Shown in pieces: positions 1-11,807 of a stretch of DNA of 64,000 nucleotides. A program made the translations under genes and the position numbers. The notes under the pieces are model-generated. The model was not told where the DNA came from. It was given only the letters and a program-made list of their open reading frames with translations, and did not search any database. This DNA is from Oikopleura dioica (Eukaryota; Animalia; Chordata). Each line of letters begins with the position of its first letter. The stretch's first letter is position 1. Location: NCBI GenBank assembly GCA_907165135.1, contig OU015566.1, positions 10,230,001 through 10,294,000 of the forward strand. Reading direction: 5' to 3'.

Positions 1-598
1 ATCATCCATCCAAAGAGGAAGCGAGGCGACGATTTCGCCCATCCAAATGACAGAGTTTGCCCGCCGAGTCCTGATAGTCGATCTCCAGCTAGGAAAAAAC
101 CTGATGTGAATAATCGTTTTGATGGTTTTAACAGGCATGTGTTAAACAAATTTATTTGACTTCGTCACTTGTAGATTTTTGTCTTTGTGGATATTTTTGC
201 GTAACACTAATAACAGAACTAAATTGTCCATTGCTGATGAACATAATGAGAAGAATGCGCCCGAGTATGTGATTACTGATTCGCTCAAAGAAGCTTCCAG
301 CCAAGAGCAAATGGATGTAGAAATAGCTCAATCTACAGAAAAGAGAGAAGAGGCTGCGGATGACCAAGAAAACGACGAAGAAGATACCGTTGAGCCACCA
401 ACTGCTGTCGAGCCAGAAGCTGCGGAGCCTTCTACAAGGACGAGACACTCAAGTGGAGAGGTGGAGGAGCTCTATTACCGAAGCTCTGGTTGGGATAGAT
501 TGCAAGAAGATGACTTCAATTGCTCTGACGAGAATAGGAACAGCTACAAAAATTTCAACTTGTACAAGTCATTTTTAAATAAAATATATAACCGTTAA
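1..598 (+). CDS. Possible 3' part of an acidic low-complexity protein gene entering from the left edge
   Basis: Open frame at 1-135 (IIHPKRKRGDD...SPARKKPD) and E/D-rich ORF 179-598 preceded by a ttgtag acceptor-like site. No recognisable domain. Confidence 0.35.
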
Positions 599-867
599 CC
601 CATTGTTATTTGCACACTTTTTGAGCTTTAAAAAAGTTCCAAATCAGCACAACCTGACACTCGGGACCAAAGAGTGACCACAAAAATTGAGAAAGGCTGG
701 ACTGATGTTTATTTCGATGACGACAGGGACAGTTAGAAGTTTTCTTTGCTACTTGAAGCACTACAGTTAATCTCATTAATTCAATAGTTCAAGGTGCAGC
801 GACTGATTATTTCGCGTTAATAAAGCTTAAATCTCAATCTTCTAACCGCGGTCTCAGCAATACGAAA

Positions 868-1371
868 ATGAGTTGCAGCGCGCTTGACAATGAAAACTTC
901 GTTGAAACACTGCCGGATCCACACCATCGGCCTCGTCGCGCTCCTTTCCTAGTTTCACCGCCAAAAGCATCGGAACGAGGATTTACACCTCCGCCTCAGG
1001 AGGACGATAGAGTAAACGAAACCTTGCGAACAGTTGAGGATGATGCTAGCTTTGAGATTTCGCTCAACCACACAGCGCATCACGGTTCGATCAATCTGGA
1101 AAATGACGAGGAGTCGGAGGAACCTTGGAACGATCCTCACACTTTTCCGCCGAAAAGATTTGCTCAAATGGACGTTGCGCCCGAAACTCGCATTCAAATG
1201 ATCAACGAAGAAAATGAAAAGTTCGATCGTCTGCGGAAAGATTATAGCCCGCGGACTAGATACTATTCTTCTGGCTACGATGCCATGCGAACGACTGAAG
1301 TATTCGAACAACGGTTAGTACTTTTACTTGTGCTTACTGTAATTATGCATGCATCTGGGGTGGCTTCTTAG
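868..1371 (+). CDS. Uncharacterised 167-aa protein with a C-terminal hydrophobic tail
   Basis: Intact ORF; acidic/Pro-rich N-terminal part; C-terminal LVLLLVLTVIM hydrophobic segment. No homology recognised. Confidence 0.3.
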   Translation: MSCSALDNENFVETLPDPHHRPRRAPFLVSPPKASERGFTPPPQEDDRVNETLRTVEDDASFEISLNHTAHHGSINLENDEESEEPWNDPHTFPPKRFAQMDVAPETRIQMINEENEKFDRLRKDYSPRTRYYSSGYDAMRTTEVFEQRLVLLLVLTVIMHASGVAS

Positions 1372-3034
1372 TTTCTTCCTTCCAACTGTCAATTAAACAA
1401 AAGTACCCACCCTAGGCATAATTACAAGAGATAATTATTCATGATTAAAATTTAATCATTTTGTTCATCTCAGAGAGAAGGAGGGGAAGGCCAGACCTGC
1501 GTGGCCTTTCAGAAGGACATCATCAGTGATTGCTGCTAACCGCACCAGCGCCTGCCTTTATCAGCAAAAGTAAATAAATAAACAGTTAAACCAAGAATTT
1601 GCATGCGCAAATTATCACGCTTATCCATCCCATTTAATTTCAATCCATTTTTCATGAAAAAGGTTAAACAATTATTTCTAGGAGCTCTTCTCCTGAGCCG
1701 AACGATTTCGAAGAAAATGCACAGAGCTCTTGGGGCCATTCTATGGACAAAAATGGCGTCCACACTCTTGAGCAGCGCTCTGAACTCGGAATCTCAGGTA
1801 CATTTGGCGAGATGGACATTGACTCCCGTCAGTGACGGGCCGTCACAGCGCTTCATATAATTCGATGATCTAACTGCCTGTTCATTTAACTGTAGCAGTT
1901 CATTCCGCTTATTCGCACTATTGAAACAATTATTTAAAATACACTTGTAAATATCCTAGTCGGTGTTAGCTTCATTTACATGATCACTTTCACAGGACAA
2001 GAAAGAGACGGTTGATTCATGATTAATTTGCCGTTCTTTTAAGTCCGAAAACTAACCATACATGTCATTGTTTGATTGGTGAAATTAACTCTTCCTGTAT
2101 CTTTTGCTAATGCAATTCAGTCCCAGTTCCGCCAGATAGAAACGCGTTCAAAATCGCTAATGGTGCCATCTCAGCAAACCGCGATTTCGAAGAGATCCTG
2201 AGTGCTGGCACGATAAACTGCCAGGTACTGATGACTCCAATGATGGAAAAATATATAATTAGGCTGATTACCACTCTTCTGCAGCAGAACAAGCATTCGT
2301 TGACCGCTTGAGTCCTGAGTCCAGAAGGCTTCATTTCAAATATTCTGATGATCGACCCTTACGGTATCAATTATCGAATTTTCAGCGAGAGTCAAGTTTA
2401 TTTTAGTAAAACCTCAATTCAAAGAAAAAAGAGATACGATGATAGCGACAGCGAAGAATACGTACCAGGAGTTTTAAAAAGTTCAAAGTATGAGTTTCCC
2501 ATTATTTGGCTTTCAATAATGTCTTTTAGAAAAAAGAGAGGCCGCCCGAAGAAAACCAAAAGTTAGAAAAAATAACAAAAAACAAAGTTTCAAATCTCCA
2601 CTGACTTTACTACTTTCAACTCACTTGTAAAATTCACTTATCCAAAAACTGCCAGGTTTTGTATTTAATGCGAATAAAACTTCACGTTCAGTTCAGCTTT
2701 TCTTCGAAATGTGTTGCTTCAAAGAGAATTATTTGCTTAATTTTTATCTTGAACTAACACTCGGACTTGTTGTGGCACTTTCGGCCTCTAATTATTACGC
2801 CTCTCGGTTGTTTTCTAGAGCACGTCTCAAATTAGCTTTGAAAATTATAAATCAATAAAATCGAAAGGTTTGTTCAGGGCGTCAATCCTGAAAACCACTG
2901 ATTTTTAATATAAAAAATCATTTCGATTTTTCGTCTGATTTCTTTTGTTTTTGTCGAGTGATTATCAAGTAAGAGAGAGCTATTGAAATCATAGAAGAGT
3001 TCATTCCTAATCTTCATCCTGCCTTGCTTTCAGG

Positions 3035-4119
3035 ATGACTAAGTACCAGTGGGGCGTGCTTGGCGGTGGTCAAATGGGCTACGCTATCATTGCAGGAGCA
3101 ATTAAAAGCGGCGTTTTGGATGGAAAGAGTGTGATTGTCGGGGATCCGTTTCGGACGAAGCAAAAGAGAGAAAAATGGGCGTCTCTTGGTGCAACGTGTT
3201 TGACAAAAAATGAAGGAAGCGGTTCTTTACTTTGTTCTATTTCTCCCTGTCAAATTTTGAAGGCGCTAGAATGTCAACCGGTTCAAAAGAAGTGATAACA
3301 CAAGCAAAATACCTTCTTCTTTCTGTAAAGCCTCAAATGATCAAGGAAGTGAAGGAAGTTCTATCGAGCATGAAGTCTGATCAGACTGTCGTGTCAGTAG
3401 TCGCTGGATGCGATATTGAAAAGCTCAAGGCTACATGTGGCCAAGCAAAAGGTACAGTTTGAGACAAACAGAATGTCATTGTTCTATCGCCATTTCTAGT
3501 GGTACGTGTTATGCTCAACCAAGCGTGCCTTATTGGACATGGCGCAGCCGTACTCTGCCCTGATAAGGATGTGCCCAAGGTCGATTTCGAAATGATCGAG
3601 GAGATGTTCAAGGCGACAAATGGAAGTGTAGATATTGTCCTGGAGCGATCGCTGGATGCTTTTACTGACGGATTTAGAATAACAAAAAATTAATCACGAT
3701 TTTTGATCTTTGATATTCATGAAAAGCGCCCTCTCTGGCTCTGGAATCGCCTTTGTGTATCAATTTTTGGAAGCTCTTGCTGATGGAGGAGTTCATTGTG
3801 GTCTGTCCCGAGAGTTGTCGCAGAAAGTCGCTGTGCAAACTGTACTTGGTGCCGCGAAAATGTGCGAGGAAACTGGCAAGCATCCGGGAGAATTGAAAGG
3901 TACTCGTTTCATGTCAAGGATTTTTTGATGAAGAAGGTCTAAAAAACTGATAAGGCAATTAAAGCATCGAATGTGGCCTAATTCTGAAATTAAGACAATG
4001 TCTGTTCGCCATCCGGAACTACAATTACCGGAATCCGAGCCTTAGAGAAAGCTGGTTTCAGAAGTGCCGCTATCGAAGCTGTTATCGCCGCCACTGAACG
4101 CTGTAAAGAGTTATCTTGA
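3035..4119 (+). CDS. PYCR1: Pyrroline-5-carboxylate reductase (5 exons)
   Basis: Rossmann [33 protein letters not shown] and [21 protein letters not shown] motifs across exons. Introns approx. 3216-3289, 3452-3499, ~3666-3726 and 3900-3995. Stop TGA at 4117-4119. Confidence 0.93.
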
Positions 4120-5431
4120 AAAAATAAAGCTAATCAGAAATCTTTCTTTCCGCGTTTTTTAAAGAAAATAATGATCTATGCAGGTTTAAATCAACACTCT
4201 CTTGATTGAGTATTTTTGAGCATCCGTTCATACACGTGAGAAGTCCGTAATAAATTTGCTGTTTCCGTTTACAGCTACCTAAAATGATTTAAGAATTGAT
4301 AAATATCATTTGCGTCTTGGTGATAAAAACAAATTATTTTGGAGAAGACTCGTTTGATAAATAAGCTCTGAAACGTTTTTCTAGCTTCTGATAAAGCAAT
4401 TATAGGATCAACTGAGAATTAATTCTTAGACCGTCAAAGTTAGACGTGTAACTTCATCCATGTCGATTCCGGACCAGCAATTTTTGAAATCTGAGTCAAT
4501 CAAATTTCCTCGTCTTTTTGCTCGTTTCAATGCGCTAGAATCGATCCAATGCATTCTTTATCAACTCGACTAATGAATATTGACCAGCCGGTTGAGTGGA
4601 GCCATCGATTTAAGGTCTTTTTGCAGAGATATAAGAAAATACAGTATAGTTTAATTTGATGATAGAGTTCGAGAGCAAAAGAGTGCTTTTAGGCAGTTTA
4701 ATCGGATTTGTTATTTTTGCATTTGTGGTGCTCCTGGTATGGGTAAGAACATCGTTCAGCTCCTGTTCTGTCATTACAAGAGAATGACACGCTGACGTTA
4801 CAGTAAAGCTGACGATTATACTTTCTTAACACGTATTTTAACGGTATTTACGCGCGTTGTTCTTTTGATAACGAATGCGTCAATTACATTATACCTTGAT
4901 GGACTAGTGCGAACTTCCTTTATCAACAATTTCAGGCTTTGAAAAATATGGAACCAGAGAAAAGACGGAAACTGAGCCTCTTCCGACCCACTGTTGTCCC
5001 GTCATATGAACTGGTGGAAGAACCTCTTGATGCTCAAAATGCCTAGACTTGCTAATAAAACGACATCTGATTGAGTTTTATAAATCAAAACTTTATTATT
5101 TTTGATTTGAATTTGTGTATTTACAGGGGTGAATATATTTTACAGCAGATATCTTCTTTGTCATTTTACAGCAGTGTTGCATTTTTGTCGATTTTGCATC
5201 CGGGATTGAATTTCCTCTTTGAAAAGTCGTGGAGAAATCGGCCAGAGCGGTTGTTTTTTTTTGTACCGGGAGTTTTCCGCTCGAGTTTAATCAGCTGGAT
5301 TTTTTTCTTTCGAGAAATATTTATAATATTGAATTGATGGCAAAAAATGCCTTGTGAAACAAACTACCAAGCTGATCAAATCGAGCGGAGCTAGAATATT
5401 TAAAATTTCAAAGTATTAAGATTTTTAAAAA

Positions 5432-6451
5432 TTAGTTGCTGAGGACAAAGTAGCTGTGTGGGTTTCCAACTTCGGACTCGACAACTCGGCCACCAAGGTC
5501 TTCGCACTTGTCCAATTGCATTTTCCTAAGGAACATTACGAACTGAAATTGAGGCAAAAACGTTACTGGTAGAAAAGATCTCCGGAGTCTTTGTTTTCGA
5601 TTTCGCAGCAGTCCTGGTGGGAGGAATCGTAGGGGTTTCGGTTGGGGTAGATTCCACAGCATTTGTCCTTGTTGTGGTCTGGGAAGGCCTATTTGTACTG
5701 TTAGAATACTGTTACACGAAGAAAATTTTTACCTTTTCACACATGTTTCGAGAGTCGAAAGTACCAGCCTGCCCATTATCCAATCTGGTACCAGTGACAG
5801 TTCTCAAGCTTTCATCCATGCAGTAGTCTCCCTTTTTGTGACCTGCAATTCCCATGGAGCATTCCGATTCTCCGAGAGCAATCTTTTCAGCAAATCGCTT
5901 ATCGCATTCGCAGATGTTTTCGGCAGCAGACTGTGCGTTGACGGAGCAATCGATGACTCGGTTGCCCTGATCGTCGACGGTCAAATCAGCCTGGTAGTCG
6001 ACCTGTGTGTAGTTTTGTGAGTAGTCGATATTGACGCATTTGTAGCATCGGTAGAGCTCTTTGCATTGGAAGTCGGTGTGATCCTTAACTTTGCCGCCGC
6101 CGATGACACCATTGTCGACTCCATCGATCCAGCAGTAGCAGCCGTAGTTGGTGTATTTGTCCTCAAGTCGACTCAACTCAGCATCGAAGTCAGGCTGAGA
6201 GTCTGGACTCTGGCTGTCACTTCCCCATCCAGCAGCGTAGGCCATCATAGTTGCGAGTGTTCGGAAAGTATCGTCAGTTCCACCCATGGTTCGAGCATTC
6301 GAAGAGATAGCGTTATCATCGACGAAAGAGCCGGTCAGAGTTCGCTTGATTTTCTTGGTGAGACTGCTGTTTGCGACTGTAACAGCGGCGAGTGTGGCAA
6401 AAGTTTCTAAAATGAAAATTTGAATTAATTTATAAAGATTTTATTCTTCAT
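5432..6451 (-). CDS. Secreted phospholipase A2-like Cys-rich protein, probably non-catalytic
   Basis: Signal-like KTFATLAAVTVA upstream and in frame with ORF 5712-6287. PLA2-type YGCYCW, D..D..C.....CY and CECDKRFAE motifs. 3' exons encode DKCCGIYPNR...DCCE and end at 5432. Start codon and first intron uncertain. Confidence 0.7.
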
Positions 6452-7395
6452 CCGACTTGAGAGTTTTAAATATGAATTATATTTAAAACAGCTGACTATC
6501 TCCGTTCAATTTCAATTCATTTATATGAAGATATATAAATGACTTCGTCAAGTTTCAATAAATCTCTTTGTTGTCTTCTGCGAAACTTACCATATTGAAA
6601 AATGTACTTTTCTGTCTTTTTGGTTGAGTGAATCTAAAAGCTATGTTTTGCTTTGTGAGATGATTTCTGAAACCGACGACGTTCCTTATATAGCGGGGAC
6701 GCGCGCCGACAAGGCTGCGCTAGAATGCGCCGCGCGACGTTGCGCGCAAAATCGAGGCGCTAGCGAGTTGTAACGCCTTTTCGTGAAATTTTATTCCCAC
6801 GACGGAGAGTTTAATGAAGAAGTGTCGATTCTTCATTTACATGTATAATTGTTAGTGTTGCTGAGCACGTGATTCCGGCTATTTATAAGTTTTGATTTCT
6901 AAATAGGGTACTCAAGCAACAATCGAAATTATGTTGAAAAGCAATGGCCACTCATCAACAGTTGTCTTTTGGTTATGTTTTTCACGGAATAAAATTTATC
7001 AAAATAATTAATATTTTCTTTTGAAAAATTCTTCGTAAGCATACTTCTTTGATAGACTTTGAAATGAAGTAAATTCTAAAACTTTAGAAGCTTGTTTATT
7101 CAGTAGAATCTATAAAATCGAATCAGAAGTCTGATATAATACCGAGCATATGTATACAGTCTTAGGTCGGAATCGCTCAGTACGTTCGTTATCACAGTTC
7201 TGGCTAAGTCTTCCAAGTTTATGGCCAAGTCCACATCATAATCTCATTACGCCATGGCTTCTAATTTTATTCTGTGGCCATTTCGCGGCAACTTTAGCAC
7301 CCAATCGGTGACAAATCCGTTAAAAAGATTACTAACGATTCATGGAACTTATTTTCTAAAACAATTTTCTCGGAAGAGCTCAGTTCTAGTCGAAA

Positions 7396-7581
7396 AATAC
7401 AGTAGCTTTCTTGTGTTTTTCATTAGGGTTGTCTATCGGGAAGGGAAAAACCAAAACTGGTCAAAGCTGGAAAAAGACAATAGAATATAGCGAATACAGT
7501 AACATTCTTGTGTTTTGCTAGGGTGGCTTTATCGCTAAGGTGAAAAACCTGAAAATGGCGAAAGCTGGCTCAACAATAGAA
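7396..7581. repeat. Degenerate direct tandem duplication, ~97-bp unit, 2 copies
   Basis: aatacagtagctttcttgtgttttt...aaagctgg...caatagaa recurs as aatacagtaacattcttgtgtttt...aaagctgg...caatagaa. Confidence 0.6.
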
Positions 7582-8112
7582 GGTGCGTTAATGTCGCTGT
7601 TGCTGGCTGACATGACGCAACTGGGCTATGTAATCTAAAGGGCTGGGAGGAGATGATTTTTTGCTCTGTCTCCGAAATGTCATCAAGCAAAAACATCGAA
7701 GACGACATTCAAGTAGCGTGTCCTTCTCTTGAACTCATATGCATGAGCGTTTGATTGACACAGTCTAAGCCCGCAATCTAGACCCGTCAGCTTTGTCAAG
7801 GTCATAATTTTAGAATTATCCTACTCTTTCTAAACATAAGCCACTGAGGACATCATTCTCTCATGTAAGTTCAAGGTGGTTCAGTGAAACTGAGCTAACT
7901 TCCTGATAGACGGAAAATGACAACCCAGGCTTCTATCTTGTGGTCTGATTTGGCGGTCTTATCTTTGGTTCGGACTTGTTGAGCTTTCCAGAAGAAATTT
8001 CAAAGAAATTTTGCTTTGTAAATAACACTATGGTCTTTGATAAATTATCCTAATTTATTGAGCCAACAGAAATCAATTGTCGAAGCGGTTGCAGAGAGAG
8101 AGAAAAGAAGCT

Positions 8113-11100
8113 TTATAATTCGTCTCTGGATCGTTTTTGGCAGTCGCAGGGTTTTTCACTGAAGTACTTTTTCCACTGATTGTTGAGATCTGGGTCAGAT
8201 TCTTGCGTCAGATGTTCATGGTTCTCTGTCACCTTTACAGGCCTCGACTGCTTCTTACTAAAAATGGCTTTTAAAAAATTTCTTCCGAGAAAGATTTACC
8301 TGTAAAGCTCAATAGTCTTTGCGTAGTAGCAGTACATAAACTCTGGATTCATCCATTGGGCAGCAAGAGCATTGGCGTTCAAAGCAATTCGGCGAGCTTT
8401 ATCGTCATTGTTCCTCGCCCATTCGATTTTCTCTCGAAGGTCGGATAGATCTTCTTCAATTGGAATAAAGTGCTAGCAATAATGAATCAAGAGAAATTGG
8501 CTTCAAGCGCTTACCTCCCACGGCTTCATATATCTATACCACCACTCGTAATACATCGACTTTTGCTTGAGAATCACCGAGTCCATTTGCATCAACAACG
8601 CTGTACGATAGGGCGCAACAGTGCCATCCACAAGGACTTGATACTTAAACTTCCCCATGTCAGGATAGGACACGTGTTTCACTTGCTCGCCATATTTTTT
8701 CGGGTCTTGACCTTTTTATTGTGCAGATTCCACGTCAGTCTGGCGTCGATGTCCTCAGGATGTTTCATCGAAAGTTCACAAAGTGTTAGGCGGGAAGGAT
8801 TCGAATCTCGTCCGCGGAAGTAGCCCCGTTCTATCTTATCCTCCCAAGGAACAACTTCCCCTACGAATGAAGTGAAGATTAAAATTTTTGACGCGATTCA
8901 GAATTCTGAATTTTCACCTGATATTTGTTCAACGTATTGTATGTCTTTCCTCTCTCGAAACAGCGCATGTCTCGTATTCTTCGTCTGATCCCATGTCGGA
9001 AGTGCAATGTCTGTCGTGTTATCGGAACCGCACCAGGTCAAAATCGGCTGCGGATCCGTCATGTTCTCTTCCAGCGGCCAGTCGCCGAGGTTAAAGATGA
9101 ATTCGGCATCTGGCAATTTGGCTTTTCTCAGTAGACTCAAAAACATCGAAGTCATGAAGCCCCTTTTTAACTGTTGAACGGACGTTTTCAATAATTTAAC
9201 GCGCGAGCGCACGGCGCCCCCTTTTCGGGGCAGAGCCCGTTTATCCTCGATTTTTTCAAGTTTTCATGATCGAAAATTTTCGTTACCCCACCTTGCTGGG
9301 GCTAAATTTTGTCGACAGTGTGTCTATTATGTCTTGTAGAAGACTTTTTTTGACCTAAGAATTTACTGGTTTTGCGCTAGAATGTTTAAATGGGGTTTGC
9401 CCCGAAAAAGGGGCGCCGTGCGCTCACCGGGAAAAAAATTTTGTGCGCTCCCGCGTTAAGCAGAAGTGATAGAGTCAACGTGATGAAATGCTGTTGTTAT
9501 TAACAAAAAATTTAGGTCAAATTCACCTGTCATTACTCTATTTGAGAAAAACCAAGGACTGTCAATTATTTTTAGTTAATTGTTTTGAAATACCCCTTCT
9601 CTGAACGTGGTGTTTAAGGAGGTAGATATCAAGAATCGCCATTTTCCGTCAGACTTTTCTCCCAAATTTAAAATAGTAACACCCTTATTTTACTTTGAAA
9701 ACAAAAACTTTAGGCCTTTCTCTATTTCCTATGGAAGCCGAAATTTCGAATTTCAAAAAAAAAATTTGACAAATTTTTCGTCAAAGATCGCTAACTTTCG
9801 GAAAATGGTCATTTTGGCGACAATCGGCGGTGCCCGATTTGCATTGTAGCACCTCGAAAGCTCAAGAAATCTTAATTTTTGGCTTCCATAGGAAACAGAT
9901 AATTGCCTGAAATAAATTTTGAGCCGAAAAAATTAGGGGGTCACTATGTTAAAAATTTGAGAAATCACTGACAGCAAATCCGATTCTTGATATATACCCC
10001 CTTAAGGGGTTGGAATTAGGTTTTTGCTAAAATAGCCTATTCTAGACCGGCGCTCAAAGCCAGCCAACCTTAGATTTTCTAATCCTCTCTTCGGCTATAG
10101 ATAGAGCTATCTTAGATCTAGCAACATCTGTCTCAAATTTTTTTTTCCTCATCAACTTCTAACGGTAGACGGCGAAACTCAAACCCATCTCATCGAAAAT
10201 CCCGATTTTAGCCAATTTTACACCTCGAATATCTCGAGTTATGTGATTTGCAGAAAATTTCTTAGTTCAATGAACTAAGTTCATTTTTAAAAAGTTCGAA
10301 CCTTTTTCTAGCAACTTTTACGAAGAAATTGCGTTATCAAAAACAAAACTAAGTTTTTCTTGTTTGTAGCGCAAGTCAAAAATCTAGCTAGTTCTACCCC
10401 CTTATGGAAATGATAAAGATTGTAAAATATCCAAATATTTTCTCATTTTTAAAGACGGATTGGGAGACATAGTCCCGTTATCCTTATGCGCAATTTGGTA
10501 GTACTTTAAGTAGTTCCCCTGTGGCTTAGTTATTTTAAGTTAACTCTCCTATGGCTATGTCGATATGTCTCTCGAATTTGCTGGATTTCGTCCCTCAAAG
10601 CCGAAAGCCTTCCTTTTTTTAGACAGGTCCATTTATTTTTTAAGCTCATTCAATGACCTAAAACATACAATTGTTTTTCTTTGTCACGCATCATGTTCAG
10701 GACTTTGTCAGGCATAATGCAGAGAGTCAAGTCAGAAAATAAGGGCCTAGTCTGACTGAAATTCCACGTTTTATTGATGCATCTTCTTTCAGTTTTCATT
10801 CGCTGACCTAGAAAAAAGTTGTTCTGTTCTTTGTCAGACATAAATGAATGACTGTCAGACATAATTTTGCGCCGCAGGTGAAAAGTACCAAAATTAGACC
10901 CTGTAGAAACCAAGTGCAATTCCTTTATATACTTCAGCTTGCATTGCTTGAAATGAATAGAAACTGTTTCACTTCGAAAATCGAAATTAAAATAGGTAGA
11001 GCAGTTGTCCACGTGTTATATACCCAACTTCCGACACAAGTGCGTACAGACATCGATTATAAAATTCAAGGGGATAATGTTTAGCGTTTCCTATCCGTTT

Positions 11101-11807
11101 TACAATTCAACCGTTTCCTAAAGCCCATTATAGTTCCGAAATCCTCGACGTAAAGTTCTTGATCTTTGATGACAACATGAGCAGTTGCTTCACCGTGTCC
11201 TCCTGCTGCCCATTTCTTCTTTTTTCCATCTTTGTAAAGTCGGTCTAGATCAATTTCGCCAAACTGGGCTAAATCTTCGTCCAGCTGGTCGAAGTTCGAA
11301 GGACAGTCGAATTCTTTGTAGAACTGCTCCAAGGTTGATGGGCAGTAACAGGACTCGTCGTAGATTGGCTCGGGAAGAATTTCTGAAAAGAATAATTTTA
11401 TTCGAAGTCACGTTTTATGAACGCACTTCTCAAAACCTGCTGTTTCTTGTACCGCACATTTATTATAATGCCATTTGGAGCGGATCCGCGCATCCGATAT
11501 CTGAAGAAGATCGACCCGTCAAACTTGAAGCCAATCTCCTTATCGACTTTCACGTTGCCGTTTTTTGCCAGCACCTCCCACTTGATGTCCTCTTTCTTCA
11601 AGTTTCGAGCATCAATAATAGAACCTGATGAATCTGAATTCATGTTTTTCATTTGCGAAAAGAAGAGCGCAAAGTAGTACCTACAGGTCTAGCGTAGAAA
11701 TATCTGGTAGGAGTAGCCGCTGTTCTACTTAGGCCGGGGCCGTAGAATTGCCATTCTGTCGATTTACCAAAAACAAAAGCAAAACCGAAGAGGAACAGTG
11801 TGACCAT
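8113..11807 (-). CDS. POGLUT2: Protein O-glucosyltransferase 2/3 (KDELC; filamin + CAP10/glyco_transf_90 domain)
   Basis: Signal peptide MVTLFLFGFAFVFG, filamin-like exon 11398-11652, PIYDESCYCP, LPDAEFIFNLGDWPL, PILTWCGS, FRGRDSN, KYQVLVDGTVAPYR and YYEWWY motifs. C-terminal ER-retention RDEL* (stop at 8113). Confidence 0.9.
9200..9455. mobile_element. TTAA-flanked MITE (256 bp) in the POGLUT intron
   Basis: TTAA at 9196-9199 and 9456-9459. Termini CGCGCGAGCGCAC / GTGCGCTCCCGCG. Inner inverted pair gagcgcacggcgcccccttttcggggca vs tgccccgaaaaaggggcgccgtgcgctc. Confidence 0.8.
9618..10001. mobile_element. TTAA-flanked MITE with ~130-bp degenerate TIRs (Kolobok-like GG termini)
   Basis: ttaaGGAGGTAGATATCAAGAATC... 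pairs with ...GATTCTTGATATATACCCCCttaa. Internal tttcctatggaagcc / ggcttccataggaaa also pair. Confidence 0.8.
10006..10401. mobile_element. Second abutting GG-terminus MITE sharing the TTAA at 10002-10005
   Basis: ttaaGGGGTTGGAATTAG at the left end and CTAGTTCTACCCCCttat at the right end are short imperfect TIRs. Confidence 0.55.

Noticed and set aside
1536-2566. Short ORFs 1536-1860, 2107-2334 and 2348-2566
   Set aside because: Short, with no recognisable domain or consistent splice pattern.
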